Shown: positions 31,400 to 43,271, numbered from the stretch's first letter. The stretch: DNA of 64,000 nucleotides from Bdellovibrionales bacterium (GCA_965219095.1 CBDCMT010000001.1:1440001-1504000); one strand, 5' to 3'. Notes: generated from the letters alone by a model not told the origin. Program-made: numbers and translations.

Positions 31400-31645
31400 A
31401 GTCATATCAGGAAAAGCAAGAGAGCAAAGAATTAAGATTCCTGTCTTGTAGTTTTGAATTCTTTGAGACCTGGACTTCCCCTGTAAGGGTTGTGATTATC
31501 AAGGTCTTACACTTTTACTTTTTCATTTACTGAAATCTCAAGAGAGAATAATCGATGAATTGGAAAAAAGTCAATTCTTCTGGAAAAGAAAAGGTGTTTA
31601 AAGAACTAAAAGATTGTTTCTGATCATTTAGCTTTCCTTTACAGC
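31400..31645 (+). pseudogene. Possible heavily decayed transposase remnant (IS1380-like?)
   Basis: Broken frames ..FFWKRKG..FKELKDCF..HLAFP; weak similarity only. Confidence 0.25.
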
Positions 31646-31655
31646 TTGTTTATTC

Positions 31656-33063
31656 GTAACTGCTCACTCTCGTAAGTTTTTATTTAAAGCCATAGAGATG
31701 GCTTCTAAAGAAGAATACCCTTTATTTCTCATTGTTTTAACATAGCTGGTAATGCGACAAAAATATTTCGCCATTTCTTCTGTTCTGAAACACCCTGACA
31801 CTTTCTTTTTCACCTTAGTCATTCTTAGATCTCTTTCAGCTCTGTTATTAGTAGGATCTACGTTCTTTCTTTTAGAAAAACACAGTATTTCTGCTTCATA
31901 CTTTTTAAATCGCAGCCAAAGGTTTTGAGCTTGTGTATGCTTTATTCGTCCTTTCTTGCCATTTTTCTTAGGAAATTCTGGAAGCTCTTTTAAGCCTTTT
32001 GTAAGAATACTCCTATACCTTCTCTGAAGAGTTTCGTACTCTTTTTGAGTCAGAACTCTTGACTCTTTTTTATGAACTAACTCCACAGTCTCTTTAAGAA
32101 GTTTTTTGAGATTTGTAGCCCATTTGAATCCATTGCTTTCTTCTATAAATTTAAGCTCTCTCAAAAGGTGAGCCACACACAAAGCATGAGTTATCTTATC
32201 ATAACAAAAGTAAGGACTCCAACAATCATGCACAAGCACTCCTCCATATCTATCCAAGAGACCAATATCTTTTATGGCTTCCCTTCCACCTGAAAGGTGG
32301 AGAAACTGCAAGTGAACTTCCCCCAAAAAAGTGGACAGTTTTTATGTTCTTAAAGCCCTCCTTTGTTTAAATTCTTTTGGGCTCATGTAATGTTCCCCAA
32401 CACGCTCTAAAAGACAGCATCTGAACTATAATGAAATTGATGATGGAAGCTCTAATGCCTATACCATACTGAAGAGGACCACTCATACCTTTAGGGAATT
32501 GACCTTTATTTCTAGCTCCACATGAGGGACAATCCTTAACTTCAGAAGTTACAGTATGGGTCTGAATTTCATAAAAAATATCAATCTTTTTACGCTTCTC
32601 AAGGCTTTTTACCTCTGCTGTCTTTAAAAACATCCCACACTGAGAACACTCTGAGGGAGAGACAGTCTCCTCGCTGTTTTGTATCTTTACTGATAAGCCT
32701 AGAGCCCTTTTTTTGACTCTCCCTAGCCTTCTTATTACGATTCCCTTGACGACTAAAATCTTGCGAAGGAGGAAGACCGCTGTTGCTGGAATTTTTTCGA
32801 ACCTGTTTTTCTAAAAGCACAACAATCAGAATGTTCACAACCTTAAAGAGAGATTCAACAATCACAGAAATCTCAGTAGGCATAGAACCTTTCTTTGCAA
32901 ACTTATCAAAGTCACTTCTTATATTTTCAATCTCATTTCTGATGGAGGTCTTATTTATTGTCATTTGAAAAAAGTATTTAAAAGAAAATCTATATGAGCA
33001 AGACTTTTATCTTAAAACAGGTCTAAAGTTAGGGATAACTGAACAATGTAGGTGAGCAGTTAC
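31656..33063 (-). mobile_element. ISBst12-like IS66 copy 3, with its centre replaced by an IS3 end
   Basis: GTAACTGCTCAC IRs at both ends, no TSD; fragments 32599-32964, 32367-32633 and 31664-32326. Confidence 0.9.
32313..32388 (-). mobile_element. IS3-family right end with OrfB C-terminus
   Basis: YMSPKEFKQRRALRT* followed by ..TGTCCACTTTTTTGGGGGAAGTTCA. Confidence 0.75.
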
Positions 33064-33143
33064 AATCCATGATAAAATACAGGTATAGGTAGTGATCTAA
33101 ACCCTTAACCCTAAAGAGAGAGGCTAGAAACTAGAATTAACTA

Positions 33144-33956
33144 ATGAACATAAAAACCACAAACTCTTTTAAAGGCTTCTCTCTTATTGAAGTGATAGTT
33201 GCTTTAGTCATTCTTTCTATTGTTAGTTCAGGCTTTATCGCTATGATGGATCATCAACAAACAGCTACCAGCTTTTTAGAAGCAAGAGTAGCAGAAATAG
33301 AACTCGTAAGGGAAGTTACTTCATATCTGATTGAACCAGATGCATGTACAAATACACTTACATTCACCCCTATCAAACCTTATTCTGTATACAATTTAAG
33401 ATTAGTACAGGGGATTAGAGACAAGAACAACAACGAATCCATTCCTACGAACTCACAACATGGCGGCAACAACAATGCCATTAAGATCGTTGCTATGAAC
33501 ATTCGTCAAATAGATAGTGCTGAAGGTGATACCCTCCCCTCTCCCGCAACATCCTCTGTAGAAGGAACAGTAAGGCTTAGGCTTAAAATAGAACGTTTAA
33601 AAATAAAACTAAATAACATAGTAGAAAGAGATATCAGATTATTTGTGAAAATGAACTCCAGTGGAGTGATCACTGATTGCGGATTACATGGAGGGCTTTG
33701 TCCTTCTGGCGAATTTGTAACAGGTTTTCAAAATAACGGTGAAATAATTTGCTCTACAGGACTTCCTGGACCCCAAGGGCCACCAGGGGTACCAGGGACA
33801 CCAGCATTACCAGGGCCACCAGGAGTGCCAGGGCCACCAGGGGTACCAGGGACACCAGCATTACCAGGGCCACCAGGAGTGCCAGGGCCACCAGGGGTAC
33901 CAGGGACACCAGCATTACCAGGGCCACCAGGAGTGCCAGGAGCCAATCCTCCTTAA
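33144..33956 (+). CDS. Type IV pilin/pseudopilin-like protein with a C-terminal collagen-like tail
   Basis: Class III signal [15 protein letters not shown]; Cys-rich [15 protein letters not shown]; about 21 G-X-Y triplets. Confidence 0.88.
   Translation: MNIKTTNSFKGFSLIEVIVALVILSIVSSGFIAMMDHQQTATSFLEARVAEIELVREVTSYLIEPDACTNTLTFTPIKPYSVYNLRLVQGIRDKNNNESIPTNSQHGGNNNAIKIVAMNIRQIDSAEGDTLPSPATSSVEGTVRLRLKIERLKIKLNNIVERDIRLFVKMNSSGVITDCGLHGGLCPSGEFVTGFQNNGEIICSTGLPGPQGPPGVPGTPALPGPPGVPGPPGVPGTPALPGPPGVPGPPGVPGTPALPGPPGVPGANPP
33777..33938 (+). repeat. Perfect 54-bp x3 GC-rich tandem repeat
   Basis: Unit encodes [18 protein letters not shown]. Confidence 0.95.
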
Positions 33957-34076
33957 AAACCCTCCAATACCATTTCCAAAAAATAATTCGACATTTTTTA
34001 ACGCATAGCATCCTGGCTTTTTGATCAAACTCTGTTAAATTTTTAAAGTGTCAAAAAAGATTTAGTCACAAAGATT

Positions 34077-34736
34077 GTAAGTCGGTTTCTTAACAGCCCT
34101 TGACTCCTATAAGGAGGATATTTCTTAGATTTTAAAGGAGAAGTTTTTATTGATCTTGTTGTAAAACGAACTTGTAAAACATTTCCCTAAGGCCTTCCCC
34201 GTTACAAAAATATAGAGAAGTTCTTTAGAATAATTCTTAGTTTTTTTCCGTATTGTGATTTGCTTTGTGCTTTATTCTTTTAGAGGATGTCCCATTTCTC
34301 GGTGGAATTCTAGAGGACGATTTCATGTTTAAGCGACCTTTCTTTGTTTTGCAACCATTTTTTCTAAGTTTTCTTTAAAGTTTTTTAAATGCATAAAGCC
34401 TCTGATTCGTTTAAATCTTTTCTCAGCATCAAAGAGAGTAACAGCAGCCCAACGACTCACTTGGTCTGCTCCTCTCTTCCAGTTCTTAACTCTTCCTGTC
34501 CTATACCTTGTGTAGGAAAACTGGACTCTATAGAATTTGTAGACAGTAAAGTCTTTTTTAAGGAGGGTATTAAGACGAATCACAGTCAAAGTCTCCTTAC
34601 AAGCTTCTTCAAGAGATTCTAAAGCTGAATGGTTGATCTGTTTCAACCAACAAACTAACTGAACTTCCCCTGTTTCTTAAGAAAAACTTATAAGAGAAAT
34701 TTAAGCTCAGATAGGGCGGTCAGATAACCGAGTTAC
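34077..34736 (-). mobile_element. Gutted IS66 shell (both ends of the 17991-20586 family) holding IS256 and IS3 scraps
   Basis: 34077-34282 resembles 17991-18200; ends ATAGGGCGGTCAGATAACCGAGTTAC; TGAACTTCCCCTGTTTC at about 34660; no TSD. Confidence 0.85.
34283..34655 (-). pseudogene. IS256-family transposase C-terminal remnant with right end
   Basis: SALESLEEA..ETLTV.RL, RVKNWK..QVSRWAA..L.DAEKRFKRIRG; end GAGGATGTCCC. Confidence 0.8.
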
Positions 34737-34825
34737 GAAAGAAGTGCCAACATCAAGACAAAACTATTGGCTTTGCACCATATGCAAGAAGGAAAATCGA
34801 TTCAAGAAATGTCTATGAAAACTTA
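34737..34825 (+). pseudogene. HTH fragment resembling an IS630 N-terminus
   Basis: ERSANIKTKLLALHHMQEGKSIQEMS. Confidence 0.4.
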
Positions 34826-35347
34826 AACCTCCCCCTCAAAAGAAGTTTTTTTAAAATCTCTTAACTGAAGCTTTTCCTTAAGTCAATTTTAAATTTGAAC
34901 ATAAAAATGTCTATCAAAAAGTATGTCAAGAAAAAACACTTCTCCATTTACAAAAAATATAAAAAATTTTTTTTGCATACAGTCACGAATATTCTAATCA
35001 CCTAAGAAAAAACTTCCTGCATTTCCTTTCCATTTTTTAATGACTCTTCCTTTACACATTGTAAAAAAACATATTCCTATTATGCGTCTATCTGAACCTT
35101 TTTTAGTTTTAAATCATGAATTCCAAAGATTTAAAACCTTAGATTATAGTAAATTTCAGGAATAGAGGATGTGCTATTCGTCGAAATGAATTTTTTATAA
35201 ATATCACTCTAATTATCTAAATTCGAGATAAATTTTACTCACTAGGATTTTCCATTTTAGGTCACCTCAAAGAAACTCCATTTCTATAGGGGAAATACAG
35301 GAATTTTCAATCCAAAGAAAAATAAGCCTTGACTTTTCTTAGGTTTA

Positions 35348-35368
35348 TAGTGAGTATTATACTCACTA
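35348..35368. promoter_or_regulatory. Palindrome TAGTGAGTA-N3-TACTCACTA abutting the transposase SD
   Basis: Half-site equals the inner IR sequence TACTCACTA; TTGACT upstream. Confidence 0.6.
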
Positions 35369-35378
35369 GGAGGTGTTC

Positions 35379-36882
35379 ATGAGCTTTATTAGAAGATACA
35401 AAAAGGGTGGTGTCGTTTATCTTGCAGAAGTAGAAAATCGATGGGTTAAAGGTAAAGTTGTTCAGAAATACATCCGTCATATTGGAAAAGAAGTTAATAA
35501 AGAGGCTGTCATTTCTCTTTCATCAAAAGATATTCAAATGGATGGTGTAAAAATCTATGGTCCCTTGCTTGCCTTTCACAGCATTGCAAAAAAAATAAAT
35601 CTTCCAGAAATTTTAGGGGAATACTCCAACGAAATACTAAGCATGACTTACGCTCACTGTATAAATTATAAAAGCTTACGGAATATGCCAAAATGGTATG
35701 AAAGAACTGATTTAAATTTGCTTCTAAACTTAGATTCTTTGACAGAAAGTCGATATTAACGATGAGCAAATAGAAGCTTATCAGAAAACCATCTTTAATA
35801 AGGTCAAGAGAACATATAAATTAGATACCAAAGGTCTAGTTTATGACACTACAAACACTTATTTTCATGGAAAGGCCTGCTCAATGGGAAAACAAGGAAG
35901 AAGTAAGGATGGTCAAAGACAAAATGATCTTATTCAAATAGCTTTGGTGACAACACAAAATGAAGGAGTTCCTGTATTTCACAAAACATTTGATGGAAAT
36001 ATTCATGACGCAAGAACTCTTTCATGCGTTCTAGAGTATTTACGAAAAAGTCAAATTCGTCCTCAACTGTTTGTTTATGATCGGGGTGTAGTTTCTAAAA
36101 AAAATCTGATGTCCTCTAGAGAAATAGGCTTAAATACCTTATGTGGCTTGCCCATTCGAGAGAAAGAAAAGGCTATTATAAGAAAGTTTTCAAATAAAAA
36201 ATTCCTGGACAACATATCAAGCATAGTCCGAGTCAATAAGAGTAGTTTTTATGTGGGAGGAGTTGCTTATAAATTAGCTTCAATTAGTGGAAAATTGGTA
36301 ATTTGTTATAATGCATCGAAAAAATTAGAGGAAACAGAATCAAGAAGATTGGGCTTTCTTGAGGCTCAAGAATTAAGAAAAAAAGGGAAAAAGATAAATG
36401 AACGTTTTGAAAGATATTTAACAGCCACTGGCAGAATCAGGACAGAGCTTTTAAAAAGAGAGGAAGAGTTGGATGGATTTTTTTGTCTTTTCTGCACAAA
36501 GAAATCCATTTCAGAAAAGGAAATGGTAAGGATTTATTTTGACAAGGATGTTATAGAACAAGCTTTTAAAGTATTGAAAGGTATCTCGAATATACAACCT
36601 ATCAGATTTTGGCTAAACAAAAAAGTTAAAGCCCATGTGTTCATATGTTATTTATCCTATCTTTTATTATCAATTTTAAAAATGAGATTAAATCATAAAA
36701 ATGTTGGAATATCTCCACAAAAAGCCATTGAGGAGTTGGAAACAATGTATAATGTTTATTTTTCTGATAAAAAGAAAAAAGTAAGGTTGATGAAAACTGT
36801 TACTTTAAATAAGAAGCAAGAAAAAATACTGAATTCCATAAATTTAGGAATTTTGAGAAATCGCACTTCCATACTTTCTTAA
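35379..36882 (+). pseudogene. IS1634 transposase, frameshifted by a short deletion near 35755
   Basis: Homologous throughout to 25844-27334; the LLSALDS segment is missing at the frame break. Confidence 0.88.
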
Positions 36883-37130
36883 ATCCTAGTGAGTAAAAAT
36901 TGTCTCAAACTTAGGTATATAGTGATCATACATTTTATTTTCCTCCTTTGTTGGTTTGTTTATAAATAAAGTCTTGAAATCCTATTTTACATCTTTTTTT
37001 TGCTTTTTCCTTTTTTTCGAGTAAGCCTTCACAAAAATACAGGCTTAATCGAAAAAAAAGGGAAAACACACCCTTTGAGGCCTTAAAAACCAGGCCAGCT
37101 AAAGGGTTTAGAATTTGTCTCGAAAAGCTC

Positions 37131-37208
37131 ACCTCCTTCTGCAAGTACTTTAGGGTCACTATCATGGCTTAAACCAGTGACCTGTCTTTTTGATTTACCG
37201 TCGAATTA
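37131..37208 (-). repeat. Dispersed 78-bp repeat, copy A (empty site)
   Basis: 69/78 match by manual alignment to 54847-55052 once the MITE is removed. Confidence 0.8.
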
Positions 37209-37278
37209 ATTTCTGTAATTGGTATAACATAAAAACTAAAACATCTAAGTTATTTTTTAACAATTCCTAAGCTTTTTT

Positions 37279-39201
37279 CTAATACTCTAGAGGATCTACG
37301 AATACTCTCTTCTTAGATTTTCTCTTACCATGCTTTTTTATATAAAAGAAGATGGCTTGAAGGGCTGAAGGGTTCACCCCTTCTATATTTCCAGCCTGAG
37401 CTAAGGAATGAGGTCTTGCACTCTCAAGTTTTTCTATCTCTTCTTTAGAAAGCCCTTTGATGTCTTTGTAACATAGGCTCTTAGGTAGTTTATGTTGTTG
37501 CATTTTTTCTATTTGATTTAAAAGCTTATCATGTCTTTTAATATAACCCTCGTACTTTATAGCTATATGAACAGGTTCATTTACAAAAAAATCCTTTTGC
37601 TCTTCCTTTATAAAAAATCCTAACATTTCAAGAGTACGAAGATTTACATGATCTCTTCTCATAAACTCTTCTAGACTCATAGGTTTTAAAAGCGGATCTA
37701 GATTTTCTTTCTTTAATTTTTCTAAAGTATTAGGCTTAGGTGCGATAGAGGTTTCTTTCAAAAATTTCTTTAAAGATTCTCTTTTTTTTAAAAGCCTTAA
37801 AATCTTTTCTTCTTCCTTGTTTTTTAAAACTTTTAAATGAAAGGCTTTTTTATAAAGTCTTTCCAAACAGTTATCTTCCCTTAAAGCCAAACGAAATTCG
37901 GCTCTTGAGGTCATCATACGATAAGGCTCCTTGATCTCTTTGTTAACAAGATCATTGATAAGAACTCCTATATAAGCTTCATGGCGTCCTAAAATGAACT
38001 CTTCCTGATCTTCTATCTTTAAAGTCGCATTAAGACCTGCCATCAAACCCTGAGCAGCTGCTTCTTCATAGCCACTTGTTCCATTAATCTGACCAGCAAG
38101 ATAGAGATGAGAGATATTTTTTGTTTCCAAAGTTTCGTAAATCCCCGATCGACCTGAAGACTTTATAAAATCATACTCAACAGCATAACCTGGCTTTAAA
38201 ATCTTCACAAACTCTAGGCCCGGTATTGTTCTTAGAAACTCGTATTGAACCTTTTCAGGAAGACTTGTTGACATTCCTTGAAGATAAATAGAGTCTGTTG
38301 AAAGCCCTTCTGGTTCTAAGAAGCTCTGATGCCTTTCTTTTTCCGGAAACCGAGTGATCTTATCCTCAAGGCTGGGACAATACCGAGGACCGATCCCTTG
38401 AATGGCTCCTGTAAAAAGAGGGGATTGATCTAAATTCCTAGAGATGATCTCATGGGTTTTTTCATTGGTGTAAGTAATATGGCAAGCAATTTGAGGAAGT
38501 CTCAGCTTGTTCTCACCTCTAAAACTAAAAGGAATGAAATGTTTGTCTCCTAATTGTTTCTCAAGAAGGCTTATATCAATGCTTTTTTTACAAAGTCTAG
38601 GAGGAGTTCCTGTTTTAAATCTTTTGATTTCAAAGCCAAAATCTTTTAACTGATCAGAAATTCCTGTTGTTGCCTTATCTCCTAAACGCCCTCCTTTTTT
38701 TCTGTCAAGTCCAAAGTGCATAACAGCTCTCATAAAAGTCCCTGTTGTAATCACAACAGCTTTTGAAAAAATTTTTTTTTTCGACGTTGTTACAACACCT
38801 TCACATCTTGAATTTTTTAAAAGAAGTTTACTTACCTCAACTTCTTTAAGAAAAAGATGGGGATAAGTTTTAAGTCTTTCTAAAATATAGCGACTGTAAA
38901 GGGCTTTATCACATTGAATGCGAGACCCTCTCACAGCAGGCCCTTTACTAGCATTCAATCTTTTAAACTGAAGGCATTGTCTGTCTGCTGCTAAAGGCAT
39001 TTCAGCACCAAAAACATCCATTTCCTTAACTAAGTGTCCTTTCCCTAAACCCCCTATAGAAGGGTTGCAACTCATATACGCCAACCTATCCTTTTTTAAA
39101 GTGATAAGAAGGGTCGAAAAACCTCTTCTTGCCGAAACACATGCTGCTTCCACACCTGCATGCCCTCCTCCCACAACAATTAGATCAAACTTATTTTCCA
39201 A
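37279..39201 (-). CDS. mnmG: tRNA uridine-5-carboxymethylaminomethyl synthesis enzyme MnmG (GidA)
   Basis: [44 protein letters not shown]. Confidence 0.97.
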   Translation of the reverse strand: MENKFDLIVVGGGHAGVEAACVSARRGFSTLLITLKKDRLAYMSCNPSIGGLGKGHLVKEMDVFGAEMPLAADRQCLQFKRLNASKGPAVRGSRIQCDKALYSRYILERLKTYPHLFLKEVEVSKLLLKNSRCEGVVTTSKKKIFSKAVVITTGTFMRAVMHFGLDRKKGGRLGDKATTGISDQLKDFGFEIKRFKTGTPPRLCKKSIDISLLEKQLGDKHFIPFSFRGENKLRLPQIACHITYTNEKTHEIISRNLDQSPLFTGAIQGIGPRYCPSLEDKITRFPEKERHQSFLEPEGLSTDSIYLQGMSTSLPEKVQYEFLRTIPGLEFVKILKPGYAVEYDFIKSSGRSGIYETLETKNISHLYLAGQINGTSGYEEAAAQGLMAGLNATLKIEDQEEFILGRHEAYIGVLINDLVNKEIKEPYRMMTSRAEFRLALREDNCLERLYKKAFHLKVLKNKEEEKILRLLKKRESLKKFLKETSIAPKPNTLEKLKKENLDPLLKPMSLEEFMRRDHVNLRTLEMLGFFIKEEQKDFFVNEPVHIAIKYEGYIKRHDKLLNQIEKMQQHKLPKSLCYKDIKGLSKEEIEKLESARPHSLAQAGNIEGVNPSALQAIFFYIKKHGKRKSKKRVFVDPLEY

Positions 39202-40567
39202 GGCAAAATTCCTTAAAGATTTTATCTAAAACTTGTTCATCATAGGTCTTTCCTAAGAGCTGATGCAATTGATCAAGAGCCTTTTTTAAATAATAAGCCA
39301 TTTCTTCTGTGTTATTTTGTTTTAAGGCACATTCTACATTTTTATAAGACTTATTGATAAGCTCAAAATGTCTTACCTCAGTAACAAGGCTCTCTCTTTC
39401 ATTAAGATTGGAATAAGAAACTTTTTCATAAACTTTCTCTAAGAGCTCTTTTAAGCCCTCTTTTCTTAAAGCACTTACAGGATGAAGATAGAACAATCTG
39501 TCTCTTATTTTAATAGACAAGGAAGAGGGTTCTTTCAAATCTATTTTATTAAAAACTAAAAATACTTTGTTCAGATCTAATCTCTTGATTTCAGAGATAT
39601 CATCAAAATCTACAAGACAGGTTGAATCAATTACATAAAAAATAAAATCACTTTTCTCAGCTAATTTTCTTGTTCTTTCAAGACCTTGTTTTTCAACTTC
39701 ATGGTCTGTGTTTCTCAAACCTGCTGTATCAATCCACTCTATTACAAAATTTTTTTTTCTTTGAGGTTCTGTGATAAAATCTCTTGTGGTCCCTTTTAAT
39801 GGACTAACAATGGCACGCTCTGTATTTAAGAAGGCATTAAAAAGACTTGATTTTCCTACATTAGTCTTTCCCATAAGTACAATCTTAAGTCCTTTTTTTA
39901 AAGTTTTTCCCTCTGTATAAGATTGTAATAATGTCTTTAAAGAATTTTGTGTTCTTTTAAGAGATTCTAAAAGAGGGTTTTTCTCTAAAGAGATCTCCTC
40001 TTCACTAAAGTCAATATCAGCTTCAATGTAAGCTAAAATTTTCACCAAAGCTTCTTCTATTGATTTTATTTTAGAAGAAAGCTTTCCTTGAAGCTGTGAG
40101 ACAAATTGTAAGGCTGAACTTTCTGTTTGGCTTTGAACGAGGCTATGAATGCTTTCAGCTTGGATCAAATCAATTTTTTGATTTAAAAAAGCTCTTAAAG
40201 TAAACTCTCCAGGCTGAGCTAGTCTACACCCTGCCTTAAGAAGTTCATGTAAAACACTCTGAGCTAGAACTCCACTCCCATGACATGATATCTCTAAAAC
40301 CTCCTCTCCTGTAAAAGACTTTCCTGTAGCAAAATAGCTAACTAAAACTTCATCGAGACTCTCCCCTTTAAGGGCTTCTAAAAATCCGTAGTAAATTTTA
40401 TGAGTCTCGAGATTTTTTTTTAAGAAAGGACAAAGTTTTCTTACTATACTATAAGAATCCTTACCGCTGACTCTTATAACAGCCAACCCTCCCTTTCCTT
40501 CAGGAGTGGCTAAAGCACAAATTGTGTCTTCAGAATGAAAGAGAGAGGAAGGTGTTTCAAATGACAT
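39191..40567 (-). CDS. mnmE: tRNA modification GTPase MnmE (TrmE)
   Basis: [37 protein letters not shown]. Confidence 0.97.
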   Translation of the reverse strand: MSFETPSSLFHSEDTICALATPEGKGGLAVIRVSGKDSYSIVRKLCPFLKKNLETHKIYYGFLEALKGESLDEVLVSYFATGKSFTGEEVLEISCHGSGVLAQSVLHELLKAGCRLAQPGEFTLRAFLNQKIDLIQAESIHSLVQSQTESSALQFVSQLQGKLSSKIKSIEEALVKILAYIEADIDFSEEEISLEKNPLLESLKRTQNSLKTLLQSYTEGKTLKKGLKIVLMGKTNVGKSSLFNAFLNTERAIVSPLKGTTRDFITEPQRKKNFVIEWIDTAGLRNTDHEVEKQGLERTRKLAEKSDFIFYVIDSTCLVDFDDISEIKRLDLNKVFLVFNKIDLKEPSSLSIKIRDRLFYLHPVSALRKEGLKELLEKVYEKVSYSNLNERESLVTEVRHFELINKSYKNVECALKQNNTEEMAYYLKKALDQLHQLLGKTYDEQVLDKIFKEFCLGK

Positions 40568-41073
40568 TATATCTCTTGTCCATTATTTGATAAATAAATT
40601 TTAATCTTTTTATAGTAGCCTTCTCCTAAGGACTGTGTCTTTACACGTGAGTCCTCTGATAAACATTTATGAACAATCCTTCTGTCCCTTGAAGAAAGGG
40701 GTTTCATAAAAATAGGCTTTTTTTTCTCTAAGACTTGTTCTTTTATTTTATTTACTGTTTGAACAAGGGTTTTTTCCTGACTTTCTCTATACTCATTAGA
40801 ATCAATTTGTATGTTCACATTTTTATCAGGAAAGCGGTTCTTAGAAGCTTTTGAAACAAAAAACTCCATTTCCTCTAGAAGTCGCCCCTTTTTTTCAGTT
40901 AATCTTTTCTCGTCTTCACCATAAAGATTAACATGAACCATATCACCTTTTTCTGAAAAATTCATTTCATAAGAAAGATGAAACCCTGCTTTTTCTAGCA
41001 AGTTAAAAAGGATGTCTTCTATAAAATCCTCATAGGTTTTCTTTCCGAAAAGTTTATTTATAAATCCTGTCAT
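40567..41073 (-). CDS. jag: Jag/KhpB (EloR) RNA-binding protein, KH plus R3H, short form
   Basis: RRIVH R3H motif, SLGEG; conserved position between yidC and mnmE. Confidence 0.85.
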   Translation of the reverse strand: MTGFINKLFGKKTYEDFIEDILFNLLEKAGFHLSYEMNFSEKGDMVHVNLYGEDEKRLTEKKGRLLEEMEFFVSKASKNRFPDKNVNIQIDSNEYRESQEKTLVQTVNKIKEQVLEKKKPIFMKPLSSRDRRIVHKCLSEDSRVKTQSLGEGYYKKIKIYLSNNGQEI

Positions 41074-41097
41074 ATTTTCTCCTTTTATTTTATTTTG

Positions 41098-42690
41098 TTA
41101 TTTCTTTTTCTCAAACTTATAAAAAATAGACTGCTGTACAACAGCCCATAGACCGCTAATAAAGAACGATAATGTTAAACCACTTGCTAAAGGTAAAATC
41201 ATAAGGCTGAAAACACCCAGCATAATATACATCATTTTTTTCTGTAGAGGCTCCATTGTTTTTGAACCAGGAGATAGCTTTTGTTGAAAGATCATGGTTA
41301 AAAACAAAAGTATGGGGAAAATATAATACGGATCGGCTAAGCTTAAGTCCTCTATCCATAAAAAGAAGGGCGCTTTATAAAGTTCAATACTTTGTCTTAA
41401 AACTCCATACAGAGCAAAAAATACAGGCATCTGTAAAAGCATAGGAAGACAACCCATCATAGGATTAATATTATTTTCTTTGTAAATTTTTAAAACTTCT
41501 TGATTCACCTTTTGAGGATCATTTTTGTACTTCTTTCTCAAACTTTGAAGAACAGGTCCAACCTCAGACATTTTTTTCATAGATCGATAAGAAATGATAT
41601 TAAAAGGCAACACAACGATTCTGATTAAAAAAGTAAGAAAAATGATAGCAACACCCCAATTTCCAAAAATGTTATAAAAAAACTGCATAGAGCTTAAAAG
41701 AATTTTTCCTATAGGACTAAAAAACCCAAGATCTAAAAGCCCTATTAGCCCTGCTTGAAGGCCTTTTAATCTTTTGCTCTCTTTAGGGCCAAAGAAAATA
41801 GCATAATCAATGCTGTATTTTTTTAAAATGACATTTTGAGGTACAAGAAAAGAGATTTTAGACAATATTTCTTTTTTTATGCCATTAGAAACCACTTCAG
41901 CTTTAGGAAAAGTATTGGATTTGTTAATAAAGATAGAAGAAAAATACTGTGTTGTTGTAGCAAGAGCTGTTAACTTATCAAAGTTTTTTTCAAATTTTTC
42001 AGAGGAATTTGGTAAAATCCAATCCTCATCTGAATTTTGTAAAACAAGGACTTTTTTTAGATCTATTTGAGGAGAAAATAAGCTTTTTAAAAACCCTCCC
42101 TCTATCTCTTTAAATTGATCGGGAATATAAATAGAAAGCCCTTTAAATTGATCCAGATTCCCTTTAACTGAAAGTTCATTTTCAACAAGGTACTCCTTAG
42201 ATAAAATACGAATTTTTTGTTCTACAATCAAATTTCCTCTTCGAGCTTTTCCCAAATAGGAATTTTTTGAAATTTTATAAATTTCAAAATCAAGAGGCTT
42301 AGAATCTCCTTCTAATCTTAATTCATAGGGTCTGTACTCTGATTTGTAAAGAGCAAGTTCAATTTTATGACCTTTTCTGTCTTTATAATTCTCTAATTTA
42401 ACGTTTTTAAAGGACATCCCTTTAGAAGAAATCTCAAAAGACCAAATTTGATCTTCATAAATAAACTTTTTTTCCTTCTTTTCTGTAATCCTTGTAACCT
42501 TGACTTTTTGTTTTTTTTCGTATGATGGTTTTATCTTCTTACTCTCTTCGATTTGTTTTTGAGGATTTTCTACACTTTTCTCCTCAGGATACTTTTTTTT
42601 CATCCAAGAACTCCATATGAGGAACACAGCCAAGGACATTAAAATAGCAAGTAAAGTCCTCCCTTCTAAAAAACTTTTATTTTCGTTCAT
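41098..42690 (-). CDS. yidC: Membrane protein insertase YidC
   Basis: [44 protein letters not shown] before ATG 42690. Confidence 0.96.
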   Translation of the reverse strand: MNENKSFLEGRTLLAILMSLAVFLIWSSWMKKKYPEEKSVENPQKQIEESKKIKPSYEKKQKVKVTRITEKKEKKFIYEDQIWSFEISSKGMSFKNVKLENYKDRKGHKIELALYKSEYRPYELRLEGDSKPLDFEIYKISKNSYLGKARRGNLIVEQKIRILSKEYLVENELSVKGNLDQFKGLSIYIPDQFKEIEGGFLKSLFSPQIDLKKVLVLQNSDEDWILPNSSEKFEKNFDKLTALATTTQYFSSIFINKSNTFPKAEVVSNGIKKEILSKISFLVPQNVILKKYSIDYAIFFGPKESKRLKGLQAGLIGLLDLGFFSPIGKILLSSMQFFYNIFGNWGVAIIFLTFLIRIVVLPFNIISYRSMKKMSEVGPVLQSLRKKYKNDPQKVNQEVLKIYKENNINPMMGCLPMLLQMPVFFALYGVLRQSIELYKAPFFLWIEDLSLADPYYIFPILLFLTMIFQQKLSPGSKTMEPLQKKMMYIMLGVFSLMILPLASGLTLSFFISGLWAVVQQSIFYKFEKKK

Positions 42691-42976
42691 GAAGACTCCT
42701 TTTTTCAAAGGCTTTCGTAACAAGAGGATCGTAGCCAATAGGCCCTAGGGGGTGACATTTAAGAAGTCTTTTTAGAACTAAAAAGGAAGCTTCGAAAGGG
42801 TTTTTCTTTGTAAAGGCTTCTTCGGCATAGGAAGAACATGAAGGATAAAAACGACAGGTTCTTCCAAAAATACTATGTAAAAAACTTCTGTAAAAGGCTA
42901 TAAAAGTAAAAACTATAAAGCGAAGAAAACTATATACATAGATTTTTAACTTTTTTAATACTTTTTGAAAATTCAT
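42677..42976 (-). CDS. yidD: Membrane protein insertion efficiency factor YidD
   Basis: [21 protein letters not shown]; start uncertain. Confidence 0.92.
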   Translation of the reverse strand: MNFQKVLKKLKIYVYSFLRFIVFTFIAFYRSFLHSIFGRTCRFYPSCSSYAEEAFTKKNPFEASFLVLKRLLKCHPLGPIGYDPLVTKAFEKRSLHERK

Positions 42977-43271
42977 TTTCAAATTCCTTATATTTAAGAT
43001 CTTTAAAAAACCCCTTCTTATGAGAAGAAAAAATAAAATTGACATGCAAAGGAGTTTTTAGTTTTTCTTTTCTTAAAAATTCTTTTACCCAACGTTTTAT
43101 ACGGTTTCTCACACAAGCTTTTCCTAACTTACGAGATAAAGTAAGGCCTACTCTAAATTCCTTCTCTTTCAAAAAAAACGCAAAAACCCATGGGCTAAGG
43201 TTCACTTTCCGTCCCTTTGAAAAAAGTCTTTGAACCTCTTTGTGACTAAGAGTTTCTAATTTATTTGCCAC
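42930..43271 (-). CDS. rnpA: Ribonuclease P protein component
   Basis: [24 protein letters not shown] start overlapping the end of rpmH. Confidence 0.92.
   Translation of the reverse strand: MANKLETLSHKEVQRLFSKGRKVNLSPWVFAFFLKEKEFRVGLTLSRKLGKACVRNRIKRWVKEFLRKEKLKTPLHVNFIFSSHKKGFFKDLKYKEFENEFSKSIKKVKNLCI

Larger units (their letters stand above)
35216..36915 (+). mobile_element. Second, divergent IS1634-family element (1700 bp)
   Basis: IR (T/C)CTAA.TT.GAGA.AA.TTTTACTCACTAGGATTT; no TSD. Confidence 0.88.

Noticed and set aside
33777..33938. CRISPR array
   Set aside because: Units are contiguous with no unique spacers, lie in frame within a CDS, and no cas genes are present
33728..34024. Alternative-frame ORFs (72, 91 and 85 aa) over the collagen repeat
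   Set aside because: Stop-free by-products of a GC-rich tandem repeat
35165..35195. GAGGATGT-starting sequences here and at about 54787 as further IS256 ends
   Set aside because: Only 8-10 bp match and no adjacent transposase sequence
36935..37165. 76-aa ORF MIVTLKYLQ..
   Set aside because: No SD before its ATG, and the paralogous copy has a stop at codon 9
37131..37208. c-di-GMP-I riboswitch
   Set aside because: Superficial GGTAAA / TAAG..ATGATAG resemblance only; lacks the GNRA-capped stem and the GCAAA junction
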